Of a stretch of DNA of 64,000 bases, positions 46,998 to 56,942 are shown piece after piece. The position numbers were made by a program, and so were the translations under genes. Below the pieces are notes generated by a model. It saw nothing but the letters and a program-made list of their open reading frames with translations, searched no databases and had not been told where the DNA came from. Source of the stretch: Clostridia bacterium (lineage in GTDB: Bacteria > Bacillota > Clostridia > TANB77 > CAG-465); the NCBI GenBank assembly GCA_045534225.1, contig JAZSJJ010000001.1, forward strand, positions 54,800-118,799, given 5' to 3'. Numbering within the stretch: position 1 is the first letter of the stretch; every line of letters begins with the position of its first letter.

Positions 46998-47324
46998 TTA
47001 AACCGCATAAATTAAGCTTACTGTTTCGTTTACTTCAAGGCTATTATTTTTCATGCGACCATCTAAAAAATACAACATATGTATTTCGTCACCATCAATT
47101 TTATATATTATTGCAAATTTGTTTTTTATAACAAACCTTCTAACATTTTTGTTTGAATTATACTTAGGAGCCAAGTATGGAAATTTAGAAATTATATTAA
47201 TAACTGCTTTTAGCTCATCTATAATAGTTTTTACATAACTTTCACTATATAAATAATAATATTCTAACCTGTTATAAAACATATTTTTAAAGTCATGAGT
47301 TAAAATTATTTTGAATTTATTCAT
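46998..47324 (-). CDS. Type II toxin, ParE/RelE family
   Basis: 108 aa. C-terminal IYKIDGDEIHMLYFLDGR matches the ParE/RelE fold signature. Its ATG overlaps the upstream stop by 1 nt (TAATG). Confidence 0.65.
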   Translation of the reverse strand: MNKFKIILTHDFKNMFYNRLEYYYLYSESYVKTIIDELKAVINIISKFPYLAPKYNSNKNVRRFVIKNKFAIIYKIDGDEIHMLYFLDGRMKNNSLEVNETVSLIYAV

Positions 47325-47527
47325 TAACGTGCCTCCTTTTTTATAAAAATTTGCTCTAATTCTGCAATTGCAACATCAGCAGGTATTCCTTTCCCATCAC
47401 GTATTTGTTTTTCCCCATTTCGTATAACTTCAATCATTTTATCGATATCTGTATATGGCATTGTTCCTTGCATCATATCGTTTAATAAACGTTCTTTTAA
47501 ATCCTCATAATCAATTTTATTGTCCAT
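47324..47527 (-). CDS. Cognate antitoxin (small helical protein)
   Basis: 67 aa. Strong RBS AAAGGGGGGG before ATG 47527. Position and size fit the antitoxin of the TA pair. Confidence 0.55.
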   Translation of the reverse strand: MDNKIDYEDLKERLLNDMMQGTMPYTDIDKMIEVIRNGEKQIRDGKGIPADVAIAELEQIFIKKEAR

Positions 47528-47627
47528 AATATTTTCGCCCCCCTTTTCAACACTGCAAGTATACCAAATCACACAGTGATTGTCAATCGTTTTTGAAAAC
47601 GTTTGTTCTTTTTGCTAAAAATATATT

Positions 47628-47660
47628 ACGGTACCTTTATATATAAATATATCGGTACCG
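47628..47660. promoter_or_regulatory. Near-palindromic operator candidate upstream of the TA operon
   Basis: ACGGTACC-N17 (AT-only)-CGGTACCG. The two GGTACC cores flank a TATATATAAATATAT spacer. Confidence 0.4.
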
Positions 47661-47684
47661 TTTTATCATTTAATTATTAAATTT

Positions 47685-48446
47685 CTATGATCCTGTACTC
47701 TTGTATTTCTTCATTCCGGCATTAAATGTTAAACATGCTGGAATTAGTGTTATTAGACTTAGTATTGGTAGTAGTATGTACCACCATCTGTCCGATGAGC
47801 CAGTTATATATAGCATTGGATAGTATGATGTAAGTCCTATTGGAACTATATATGTAAAGAATGTTTTTACTATTTTGTTATATATTCCTATAGGATATTG
47901 AGCGAAGTCTCTTGTTCCATATATGAATATGTTTATTACTTCAAGTCCCTCTATTGTTACAAAACACATTGCGGCGCTTAGTATTAGAAATGCTCCAAAT
48001 ACTATTGTGCTTCCTATCATCATCATAAGTATTACAGGATAATATATTAATTTAATTTTTAGATTTATTAGTGCATATCCTAATATTATTAAAGATATTA
48101 CACATTTAATTAATTTAGATAGCTCTATCTTATACCCTATTATTTGTAGGTATATATTTTGTGGCCTTACTAGAAGTTGATCTAAATGTCCGTGCTTAAT
48201 TATTTCGGAAAATTTATCAAAACCTCTAAGTATTCCTTCAGCTAAATTCTCTCCAAATTGCACTACTGCAAAGCAAAGTATTACTTGATAAATATTAAAT
48301 GATTTAACAAGTCCAAACTTTGCAAATAGCGAATAGAATACTACGCAGTAGCCAAAAAACGCAGCTATTTGAGCTATTATTAGGAATATAAAGGAGCTTT
48401 TATATTCCATTTGCGATTTCAAATGCATTGAAATATATTTAAACAT
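47685..48446 (-). CDS. ABC-2 family transporter permease
   Basis: Six-TM ABC-2 type permease, in an operon with the next two genes. Confidence 0.7.
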   Translation of the reverse strand: MFKYISMHLKSQMEYKSSFIFLIIAQIAAFFGYCVVFYSLFAKFGLVKSFNIYQVILCFAVVQFGENLAEGILRGFDKFSEIIKHGHLDQLLVRPQNIYLQIIGYKIELSKLIKCVISLIILGYALINLKIKLIYYPVILMMMIGSTIVFGAFLILSAAMCFVTIEGLEVINIFIYGTRDFAQYPIGIYNKIVKTFFTYIVPIGLTSYYPMLYITGSSDRWWYILLPILSLITLIPACLTFNAGMKKYKSTGS

Positions 48447-48447
48447 T

Positions 48448-49251
48448 TTAACCTCCTTGTATATATACTTTCTTCATGGCGTACTTTAATATTTTTGCTC
48501 CTATGAATATTAAAGCTACTACCCAGAATATTTGTAATCCTAAATATTTTAATCCATCTGCAACTGGTATATCTCCTGAGTAAATTCTAAATGGGAAATC
48601 TCCTATTAGCCAGAATGGAAAGATTAAGCATATATTTTGTACAATCGTTGGTAATAATGGTAGCGGCAAGCTTGTCCCACTTAATATTTCAGCAAAGTTA
48701 TATATTACAGTTGCTATTCCCTTATCTTCGTACGTAAAGAACGCTATTGAGTGTATTATTACCATTATAGCAGTCACTATTAATGCTCCTAAGAATAGAT
48801 TTAATAGGAACAATAAGAATGCTCCAAACGATATTGGCAAAGACAAATTGTATGGCGCTGGTAAAAATAACGTTACAGCTATTAGAACTCCCGAACGTAA
48901 TGTTACTGCTGCAAGTCTTCCAGCAATACATTTAATAAACCACCATATATATAGGTTATATGGTCTTACAAGTTCATATGCTACGGTGCCATTTTTAATG
49001 CTTTTTGCTATACTCTCATCTCTTATTCTTACAAATACAAGCGTTAGTAGTGCCTGTTGTAGCCATATATACGTTACTAATTTTTCAAAGTCCATTGGAA
49101 CATTTTGTCCTGTTCCTGCATAAAATGCTTGATAGATAAATATTTGTAGAAAGCCCCAGAAAAATTGAGTACATATTCCAGCTATTGCAGCTGTCTTGTA
49201 TTGGAGTCCTGAAACGAGAGTAGTCTTAAAATAACTTAAATATCCCTTCAT
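48448..49251 (-). CDS. ABC-2 family transporter permease
   Basis: Multi-TM protein; its stop is 1 nt from the next start. Confidence 0.7.
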   Translation of the reverse strand: MKGYLSYFKTTLVSGLQYKTAAIAGICTQFFWGFLQIFIYQAFYAGTGQNVPMDFEKLVTYIWLQQALLTLVFVRIRDESIAKSIKNGTVAYELVRPYNLYIWWFIKCIAGRLAAVTLRSGVLIAVTLFLPAPYNLSLPISFGAFLLFLLNLFLGALIVTAIMVIIHSIAFFTYEDKGIATVIYNFAEILSGTSLPLPLLPTIVQNICLIFPFWLIGDFPFRIYSGDIPVADGLKYLGLQIFWVVALIFIGAKILKYAMKKVYIQGG

Positions 49252-50225
49252 AACTCATACTCCTTATACATTTCTAGAATAATATTATCTATATTATTTT
49301 CATGTATGTTTACATCTTCTATTTGACATACTCTACTATATTTTTCTATTATGCTAGATATACTTTCTTTCTTAGTATTTACTTCTATTAATACTTTCTT
49401 ATTATCTTTTTCTAGAATCTTTGATTCTATTTTTGGAGCGGCTTGTAATTTTTTATATATTATTTCTAATTTTTTAGTTGATTGAAATTTGTGTTTGATT
49501 TTTTCTAAGCTTCCATCATACAATAGTTTTCCTTTACCTATTACTACTACTCTTGAGGCTAATTCTTCGATATCTGTCATATCGTGTGTTGTAAGAATTA
49601 TGGTCGTCTTTTTCTCTTTGTTTAGTTCTTTAATAAATTCTCTTAATTGTACTTTTGAAACTGCATCGAGCCCAATTGTCGGCTCATCCAAGAATAAAAT
49701 ATCTGGATCATGTAACAGTGCTGCGGCTAATTCGCATCTCATCCTCTGGCCTAAGCTTAATTGTCTAACTGGTACATCTAACAAATCTTGCAGATTTAAT
49801 TTTGTGATTAATTGTTGTTTTGTCTTTTGGTATTTCTCTTCAGGTATCTTGTATATTGCTTTTAGTAGTTCAAATGATTCGATAACCGGTATGTCCCACC
49901 ATAATTGAGATTTCTGTCCGAATACAACGCCAATGTTAGCAACATATTCTTTCCTGTTCTTAAATGGATTAATGTTTCCTACTACGCATGTGCCACTATC
50001 TGGTTGCATTATTCCGCATAGCATTTTAATTGTCGTTGATTTACCGGCTCCATTCGGCCCTATAAATCCAAGGATTTCTCCTTTTTCAATACCGAATGAT
50101 ATGTTGTCTACTGCTTTAATCGTTCGGTATTTCGGTTTAACAAATGCTTTAATTGCATTTACTAACCCTTTGTCTCTTACCTTGATCTTAAAGTGTTTGG
50201 TAAGATTCTGTACGTTAATATACAT
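49248..50225 (-). CDS. ABC transporter ATP-binding protein with a C-terminal accessory domain
   Basis: Walker A GPNGAGKST, signature LSLGQRMR, Walker B ILFLDEPT. The likely start is ATG 50225 (MYINVQNLTKHF). Confidence 0.85.
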   Translation of the reverse strand: MYINVQNLTKHFKIKVRDKGLVNAIKAFVKPKYRTIKAVDNISFGIEKGEILGFIGPNGAGKSTTIKMLCGIMQPDSGTCVVGNINPFKNRKEYVANIGVVFGQKSQLWWDIPVIESFELLKAIYKIPEEKYQKTKQQLITKLNLQDLLDVPVRQLSLGQRMRCELAAALLHDPDILFLDEPTIGLDAVSKVQLREFIKELNKEKKTTIILTTHDMTDIEELASRVVVIGKGKLLYDGSLEKIKHKFQSTKKLEIIYKKLQAAPKIESKILEKDNKKVLIEVNTKKESISSIIEKYSRVCQIEDVNIHENNIDNIILEMYKEYEL

Positions 50226-50467
50226 AAAAACACCTACCTTTCTACGCGCAAAAAAATACATTACCTGAGGTAACTTAAAGATTAAAGATTCTTTGTATTT
50301 TTCCTTTCTTCTTTTTACTCTACTGTAATGTATTTTTGTAACGTATGCCACAGACTATATCACAAACAGAATTATTTGTAAATAGTTTTTTATAAAATAT
50401 TTTAGAAAAATTAAAATATTGTATATTGTCTACTTTTATGTTAATATTTTCATATGAGGTGTATACT

Positions 50468-50890
50468 ATGAAGAAAAATGAAATGTTTAGATATATAATA
50501 ATAGCCGTTCTAATATGTGTGTTAGTATTTATAATTCCATTACTGATGATTAATAGATATCTAAATGTAAATAACACAGGAGCATTAGGCGTTACTTTTA
50601 AGGACTTATACGAATCTAATCTTACTAATGATCAAAAAACAACCCTTACTATATTAAGGAACTCTTGTAATAGCAACTTAATTATTATGAAAAAAGGATT
50701 TCAGCTTATGTTTATATATTTTGTAACATTGATAAGCATGATTTTATTAATTTCAGGTGTATCTTTAATGAAAGAACAGCCTGTTAGATTCAAAGTTTAT
50801 TTATGCTTGTTTTTTGCATTGATAATCGGTGTAATTGTTTTTACTTTACTCTTCCCTTCAATGTTACAATCAACATTTAAACTTTATTAA
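50468..50890 (+). CDS. Hypothetical membrane protein
   Basis: GAGGTG RBS before ATG 50468. Several TM helices. Confidence 0.4.
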   Translation: MKKNEMFRYIIIAVLICVLVFIIPLLMINRYLNVNNTGALGVTFKDLYESNLTNDQKTTLTILRNSCNSNLIIMKKGFQLMFIYFVTLISMILLISGVSLMKEQPVRFKVYLCLFFALIIGVIVFTLLFPSMLQSTFKLY

Positions 50891-50934
50891 TGTAAAAAGG
50901 AACCTTGAATTTCTTCTTGGCTCCTTCTTTTTTA

Positions 50935-51621
50935 TTAATTCAACTTACTAAGTTCAAACTTTGTATAATCTCCACTAACCATTTTGTATTCTACTCCATC
51001 TATGTTACCCTCTTTTATCATGTAGTGTCCATCTCCGTGCAGATGTCCATAGATACATAGTTTTACATTGTATTTCTTAAACATTTCTTTTATCTCATAT
51101 CTAAATGGCGGGAAGTGTGTCATTACTATTATTGGTTTGTCTTTATCCTCTTCTTTAATACTGTTTAAAGATAATTCTAAACGTACCAATTCTCTTTTAT
51201 ATACCTTGCTGTCATCTACAGTATCATCATCTGTATTTCCCCAGCCTCTAAAACCACATATATTGTATCCTTCTACTAGATATGAATCATTGTTTAATAC
51301 AGTTATTGTGTCAAAGTTATTATCCTTTAAGAATTTGTTTACTTTAGTTAGTGTTGAGAAATAATAATCATGGTTTCCTTTAATTATTATTTTCTTTCCG
51401 GGTAGGCTATTTAAATAGCTAAAATCTTCATATGCGGCTTCTAGTGTTAATGCCCAAGATATATCTCCTGGAATTAAAACAGTATCATCATCTGTTACAG
51501 TCTTTTTCCAATTCTCATCTATTTTAGCTTCATAGTCTTTCCATTCTTCTCCAAAGACTTCCATAGATTTATTCTTTATCGCTTTGGATAAATGTAAATC
51601 TGATAGTGCATATATAGCCAT
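50935..51621 (-). CDS. Metallophosphoesterase (calcineurin-like)
   Basis: DLHLS, GDISW and GNHDYY motifs. Confidence 0.75.
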   Translation of the reverse strand: MAIYALSDLHLSKAIKNKSMEVFGEEWKDYEAKIDENWKKTVTDDDTVLIPGDISWALTLEAAYEDFSYLNSLPGKKIIIKGNHDYYFSTLTKVNKFLKDNNFDTITVLNNDSYLVEGYNICGFRGWGNTDDDTVDDSKVYKRELVRLELSLNSIKEEDKDKPIIVMTHFPPFRYEIKEMFKKYNVKLCIYGHLHGDGHYMIKEGNIDGVEYKMVSGDYTKFELSKLN

Positions 51622-51662
51622 TTAAATCCCCTCCTTTTCTTTCTTCTTTGTTTTCTTTCTAT

Positions 51663-52676
51663 TTATTCATTTTCTATATTCATACTTGCTTTTGCATTTA
51701 AGCTTAGATCGTTTGTGAAGTTTCCTTCTCTAAACTTAAATATACCTGCTGCAGTTATCATAGCAGCGTTGTCTGTGCAGTATTTCATTTCAGGTAAATA
51801 TATATCTATGTTGTTTTCTTTACCTTTATTTTGTAATTCTTCTCTAAGTCTTGTATTTGCAGATACACCACCTGCTAATACTATCTGTTTGATACCTTTT
51901 TCTTTAGCTATTGCAAGCGTGTGATCTACTAATACTTCTGCTACATTGTTTTCAAAGCTACGACACATATCTGCAATTCTTAGCTTGTCCTTCTCTTTAT
52001 TTGCAATGTTAAGTACAGCTGTCTTTACTCCACTAAAGCTAAAGTCATAATTTTCTTCAAATCTAGTTTTAGGTAATTTGTATGTGTCTTGTCCATCCTT
52101 TGCCATTTTGCTTACTTCAGGGCCACCTGGATAGCCTAAGCCTAATACTCTTGCCACTTTGTCAAACGCTTCTCCTACTGCATCATCACGTGTTTTAGCT
52201 AGTATTCTAAATTTTGTATAATCGCTAACTTCTATAACATGAGAATGCCCTCCAGAGACTACTAGAGCCAAAAATGGAGGTTTTAACTCTGGATGAGTTA
52301 AATAATTCGCTGCAATATGTCCAGCTATGTGATGAACTGGTACAAGCGGAATATCTAGTGCATACGCTATTGCTTTTGCAAAAGACACACCTACTAGAAG
52401 TGCCCCTACAAGACCTGGTCCTACTGTAACTGCTACAGCAGAAATATCTTCTAATTTAATATCCGCTGTAGATAACGCTTCATCTAACACCCATCCTATG
52501 TTTTTTACATGATGCCTAGATGCTATTTCTGGTACAACTCCACCAAAAGCTTTATGTATATCTATTTGTGAAGATACTGTATTAGCTAGCACCTTAAAGT
52601 TGTTATTGTTTTCCTCAAATTCTAATATAGCTATTGATGTTTCATCACAGCTACTTTCTATTCCTAATATATACAT
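51663..52676 (-). CDS. tsaD: tRNA N6-adenosine threonylcarbamoyltransferase TsaD
   Basis: MYILGIESSCDETS N-terminus and the HxxxH Fe-binding motifs (HHIAGH). Confidence 0.9.
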   Translation of the reverse strand: MYILGIESSCDETSIAILEFEENNNNFKVLANTVSSQIDIHKAFGGVVPEIASRHHVKNIGWVLDEALSTADIKLEDISAVAVTVGPGLVGALLVGVSFAKAIAYALDIPLVPVHHIAGHIAANYLTHPELKPPFLALVVSGGHSHVIEVSDYTKFRILAKTRDDAVGEAFDKVARVLGLGYPGGPEVSKMAKDGQDTYKLPKTRFEENYDFSFSGVKTAVLNIANKEKDKLRIADMCRSFENNVAEVLVDHTLAIAKEKGIKQIVLAGGVSANTRLREELQNKGKENNIDIYLPEMKYCTDNAAMITAAGIFKFREGNFTNDLSLNAKASMNIENE

Positions 52677-52688
52677 TTTATATCCCTT

Positions 52689-53342
52689 CTAAATACTTAG
52701 TATTAATCCTAGTACAAAGTATATTGCCATACTCGCTGGCACCATTATATAGTCTATTAAATCTGTAAAGAATAATATTGCTAGAAATATAAACGAATAT
52801 TCTTCCATCTTCGCCATTATATTTTTAGCGTTATATGGTAAGAAATAATATAATATCTTTGAACCATCTAAAGGCGGAAATGGTATTAAGTTAAACACTG
52901 CAAAACTTACATTAAACATTATTGTATACATTAATATTTCTAATATTATTGAACCAGTGCTATTAGATATTAGCCATGCATCTAATCCAAATACCATACA
53001 TAGTTTTAACAATACTGTTATTACTATTGCAAGTATAACGTTAAAGGCTGGTCCAGCAAGTGCAACTAGCATATTCCCCTTGCCTCTTTTTTCGAAGTTT
53101 CTATCATCTACCATAACAGGTTTACCCCAACCAATACCTATTAACGCAATTGCTGCAAAGCCTATAGGATCTATATGCGCCCAAGGCGTGAGCGTAAGTC
53201 TTCCTCTTGCCTTTTGTGAATTATCTCCTAGTTTATATGCTACCCACGCATGTCCAAATTCATGTATAGATAGTGAAAGTAGTAATGCTGGTAGAAAATA
53301 CAAGAATTGTATTAGTCCACCTTCCTCAAATATACTTATCAT
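52689..53342 (-). CDS. Site-2 protease family (M50) membrane metalloprotease
   Basis: HEFGH zinc motif inside a TM helix and NLIPFPPLDG. Confidence 0.75.
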   Translation of the reverse strand: MISIFEEGGLIQFLYFLPALLLSLSIHEFGHAWVAYKLGDNSQKARGRLTLTPWAHIDPIGFAAIALIGIGWGKPVMVDDRNFEKRGKGNMLVALAGPAFNVILAIVITVLLKLCMVFGLDAWLISNSTGSIILEILMYTIMFNVSFAVFNLIPFPPLDGSKILYYFLPYNAKNIMAKMEEYSFIFLAILFFTDLIDYIMVPASMAIYFVLGLILSI

Positions 53343-53366
53343 TTATATCTCCTTTTATTTAATTAT

Positions 53367-53855
53367 TTAAGAATTTATTATTTCATCTAATATATTCTTA
53401 ACTCCTTTTATAAAGTTATCTGTATTACTAGTATATACTTTAGGTTCAAAATTTGCAATCTCTTTAATCTTATCTACAATTAGATTTTCATCTTCTGTAC
53501 TTAGTATATACCCATCATCTGTCATCTTTTTAATTACTTGTAACTGATGATCATTTACGTGTTCGTTATATTTTGCAAGTCTTGGTACTGCAATTACCTT
53601 TTTGCCAAGTTTAACTGCATTTAGTATAGAACCCACTCCACCGTGAGTTATTATTATGTCTGCTTTTTCCATAAAGCCTGCAAATTCTTCAAACGGAATA
53701 TAATTTAATATTTTTACATATTCAGATTCATACTTAGTGTTTCCTGCTTGCACAATAACTTCATCAGTTATCTTTTTATCTATTACTGCTTTTTCAACAG
53801 CTTCTATAAGTCTCTTAAAAGACCAATCTTGTGTTCCTACTGTAACAAATATCAT
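53367..53855 (-). CDS. Alg13-like glycosyltransferase subunit (GT28 C-terminal-domain-like; PssE/Cps14G type)
   Basis: MIFVTVGTQDWSFKRL N-terminus; about 160 aa. Confidence 0.7.
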   Translation of the reverse strand: MIFVTVGTQDWSFKRLIEAVEKAVIDKKITDEVIVQAGNTKYESEYVKILNYIPFEEFAGFMEKADIIITHGGVGSILNAVKLGKKVIAVPRLAKYNEHVNDHQLQVIKKMTDDGYILSTEDENLIVDKIKEIANFEPKVYTSNTDNFIKGVKNILDEIINS

Positions 53856-54334
53856 TAAAAGGCACCTCCTAAATGTATACCATTAGGATATACTTCTCTT
53901 AATTCTTCCCATTGGATTATGAACTTATCTGCATATTTGTATAAAAATTTACCTGTTCCGGTTGGTGTATATACATTTGCAAACGTTTCTATAAACACAA
54001 GTTTTGCGCCAAATAGCTTTCCTATAATACATAAAGGCATTGCTGTATGAGCGCCTGTTGTAACTATTACTTTTGGTCTAATTTTAATATACAATCCAAG
54101 TAATTTAATTGTATTTAATATTACCTTAAATACATATTCAATCTTTTTAGTTCTTATACCTAATATAACATAGTGTATACGCTTGCCATATTCTTTTTTA
54201 AGTGATTTTGTAGAGCCTGTCTTCTCTGTTACTATATGATAATCATAATCCTTAAAAATTGGTTTTAGAACCATTAATTCAGATAAATGTCCACCTGTGC
54301 TAGAGATAAATATTACTCTATTATTTTTCTTCAT
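53855..54334 (-). CDS. Alg14-like glycosyltransferase membrane-associated subunit (PssD/Cps14F type)
   Basis: About 159 aa. Its position, paired with the Alg13-like gene with a 1-nt stop/start overlap, fits the split UDP-GlcNAc transferase arrangement. Confidence 0.6.
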   Translation of the reverse strand: MKKNNRVIFISSTGGHLSELMVLKPIFKDYDYHIVTEKTGSTKSLKKEYGKRIHYVILGIRTKKIEYVFKVILNTIKLLGLYIKIRPKVIVTTGAHTAMPLCIIGKLFGAKLVFIETFANVYTPTGTGKFLYKYADKFIIQWEELREVYPNGIHLGGAF

Positions 54335-54347
54335 ATGTCCTCCGTTT

Positions 54348-55325
54348 TTATTTACTAACGATGTAGTTTATATTAGCAATGAATTTATTAAAGCTTTTTA
54401 TATATCTTCCCTTTATGCCCATAGTCTTAAAGTATCTATTCTTTTTATATTCTGGGAAGTTTTCGTTCACTTTATTTATTGCAAAGTTAATTCCCTCTTT
54501 ATATTTTTTCTTGTCTTTACACTTAGCAAGTCTTTTAGGGAATGTTGCATAGGCATATCTTAAATATAGATACTCAAGCTCCTCTTTATATTCTTCGTAT
54601 ATACCTTGCTCTTTGTAATACCTAATTACTGTATCCATATTTGTAATTATATCATAAAGCTTATCGTTATATGTGTATGTTATAGAGTTTCCTCTTTGAA
54701 GATAATTATATAAAGGTTCTTTTACTACACCTATACTATTTATTCTTGGATACACCTTAAGGTTGAACTCCATATCCTCATACCATACACCTTTAGAAAA
54801 TTCTACACAATCAAGTATGCTCTTTTTATATATTTTATTCCATACTACAGGATAATATACAAGCATTGTTTGTTTAATTTCATCTTTACTAAAGAGGTCT
54901 TTCTCATATGCTGAAGAGACTATCTTTTCCTTATCACTATTTTCATAAACAAGTCTTACATCACATGCTACTATATCATAATCTTTTTCTAAAGCTTTAT
55001 TCATCATAAGCTCATACATATTAGGTTCAATATAGTCATCGCTATCTACAAAAGCTATGTACTCCCCTTTTGCTTTAGACATACCAAGATTTCTAGTATC
55101 ACTTAAGCCAGTATTTTCTTTAGATATATATGTTATTTTATCTTTGTATTCTTCTTTTTCTAAATATTTAGTTATAATTTGTTCAGAATTGTCTTTAGTA
55201 CCATCATTTATTACTATAAGTTCAAAATCTTTATATGTACTATTTAATATTCTATCTAAACATTTATCCAAATATTTTTCTACATTGTATACTGGTACAA
55301 TGATACTAAGTTTTGGTAAACTCAT
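54348..55325 (-). CDS. Glycosyltransferase family 2
   Basis: LSIIVPVYNVEKYLDKCLDSI-type N-terminus and a DSDD (DxD) motif. Confidence 0.8.
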   Translation of the reverse strand: MSLPKLSIIVPVYNVEKYLDKCLDRILNSTYKDFELIVINDGTKDNSEQIITKYLEKEEYKDKITYISKENTGLSDTRNLGMSKAKGEYIAFVDSDDYIEPNMYELMMNKALEKDYDIVACDVRLVYENSDKEKIVSSAYEKDLFSKDEIKQTMLVYYPVVWNKIYKKSILDCVEFSKGVWYEDMEFNLKVYPRINSIGVVKEPLYNYLQRGNSITYTYNDKLYDIITNMDTVIRYYKEQGIYEEYKEELEYLYLRYAYATFPKRLAKCKDKKKYKEGINFAINKVNENFPEYKKNRYFKTMGIKGRYIKSFNKFIANINYIVSK

Positions 55326-56942
55326 TTATTTTCCCTCTTTTCTTGTTAACTTGTTAAATTCATTTATTAAGGCTCCTGTCATAATAGCCATATATATTGT
55401 AACTATATATTCATCTATTACATGTCCAGCAAAGAAACCAATTACATACATCATAAATATCGCTAAAACATACGCCATTATTCTTGCATTAAATAACATT
55501 TTAATTTTCCTTAAACCTGCTACTACTACATAAAGCACTGCAATAGCATATGGTGATACAAATAATATAATTCCTATTACACCTATATTGTAATAATGAG
55601 ATATTAAATCGTTTTCAATCATATACTCTCTTTGATTCATAGGTGTTGCGCCCATTCCAACAAGAGTATCTTTCAATGTATTGTTATTTAATTCCTTAAT
55701 TCTTTTAATAATAACTGATTGTCTTGAACGATTATCTCCTTTTACAGAAATAGGTTGTTCAAACAAATTAACCCAAAACTCTGGATCTTCTGTATAAGGA
55801 TATATATTCATAACATACTTTTTAGCAATAGCGTGTTGTCTGTAATTTGTTTCAATATATTTACACATTGTTCGATATGTCAATTCATCCAAAGTAATAT
55901 TCTTATTCTTTTTGGCTTTCAAATATTCTCTCATCTTAGCTTCATCTGAAACAATTTCATTATACGCTTCAATCGTTATATATTCATTTTTTGCAGCTTC
56001 TTCATCAGATAGTTCTACATACATTTCGCTATTAACTGATGCAAATGTTCTGCTATTTGATGGCGAATATTTATATATTAAAATACCCACGGCTAATATA
56101 CTCAATATCGCTAATATTCTTTCAAAATGTATTTTACGTTTCTTTATTATAGATATTACTATATAACCTAAAACCATTGCAACTATACACAACACACATC
56201 CATATGTTGCAACTCTTGTTCCTACAAGCACCATAGATATCACTTGTAATAACAAAACAATATATACTAGTGTTTTATTATATTTTACGACATAAAGCAG
56301 TGTTATTGGTAACAGTACCACAAGCAATGCGCCTATTTGATTTGCAGATACAAAGTATCCCTTAGATAAGGTTTCTCTATACGAAAGCTCATCATATTTA
56401 AACCAGTCAAAAACATTATATTCAATAAAAGCATTTGTTGGTGAATATGATGCATATGAAATCTTGAATACATTTGTTGTAACTATTATTAATGCTATTA
56501 TAGCAACTGATACTAGTATTGCTTTTTCTATGCGCTCTTTCTTTGGTTTGGTTATAACAACAACATACATTAGAATTATTGGCACTACCAAACGTAATAC
56601 ATACATTAGCTCAGTAGTAAAGCTATATAACCCGTTTGTTATATAATATCCACCACTATTTACTATGTTCATGTGATGGAAAGTTGCATATATTCCAACT
56701 ACTGCTAAATAGCCAATAAGGGTGTATAACCAATTTAATTTGTATTTGTATATAATTTGGCTTATACCAACTATAATAACCAAAGCTACTATTGTTATTG
56801 TTCTTGTGAAAGTTACTATTGAGATTCCTAATATATCTAAATCTTCACCTATAACTCCCATATATATATCGCAAAGAGGCTGCATAATTAAAAATATAAC
56901 TAGTATAACATTTATTATTCTATTTATCTTTTTATTTTTCAC
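55326..56942 (-). CDS. Wzy-type polysaccharide polymerase or O-antigen ligase-like multi-TM protein
   Basis: 538 aa with more than 10 TM helices and a large loop; sits inside the EPS operon. Confidence 0.5.
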   Translation of the reverse strand: MKNKKINRIINVILVIFLIMQPLCDIYMGVIGEDLDILGISIVTFTRTITIVALVIIVGISQIIYKYKLNWLYTLIGYLAVVGIYATFHHMNIVNSGGYYITNGLYSFTTELMYVLRLVVPIILMYVVVITKPKKERIEKAILVSVAIIALIIVTTNVFKISYASYSPTNAFIEYNVFDWFKYDELSYRETLSKGYFVSANQIGALLVVLLPITLLYVVKYNKTLVYIVLLLQVISMVLVGTRVATYGCVLCIVAMVLGYIVISIIKKRKIHFERILAILSILAVGILIYKYSPSNSRTFASVNSEMYVELSDEEAAKNEYITIEAYNEIVSDEAKMREYLKAKKNKNITLDELTYRTMCKYIETNYRQHAIAKKYVMNIYPYTEDPEFWVNLFEQPISVKGDNRSRQSVIIKRIKELNNNTLKDTLVGMGATPMNQREYMIENDLISHYYNIGVIGIILFVSPYAIAVLYVVVAGLRKIKMLFNARIMAYVLAIFMMYVIGFFAGHVIDEYIVTIYMAIMTGALINEFNKLTRKEGK

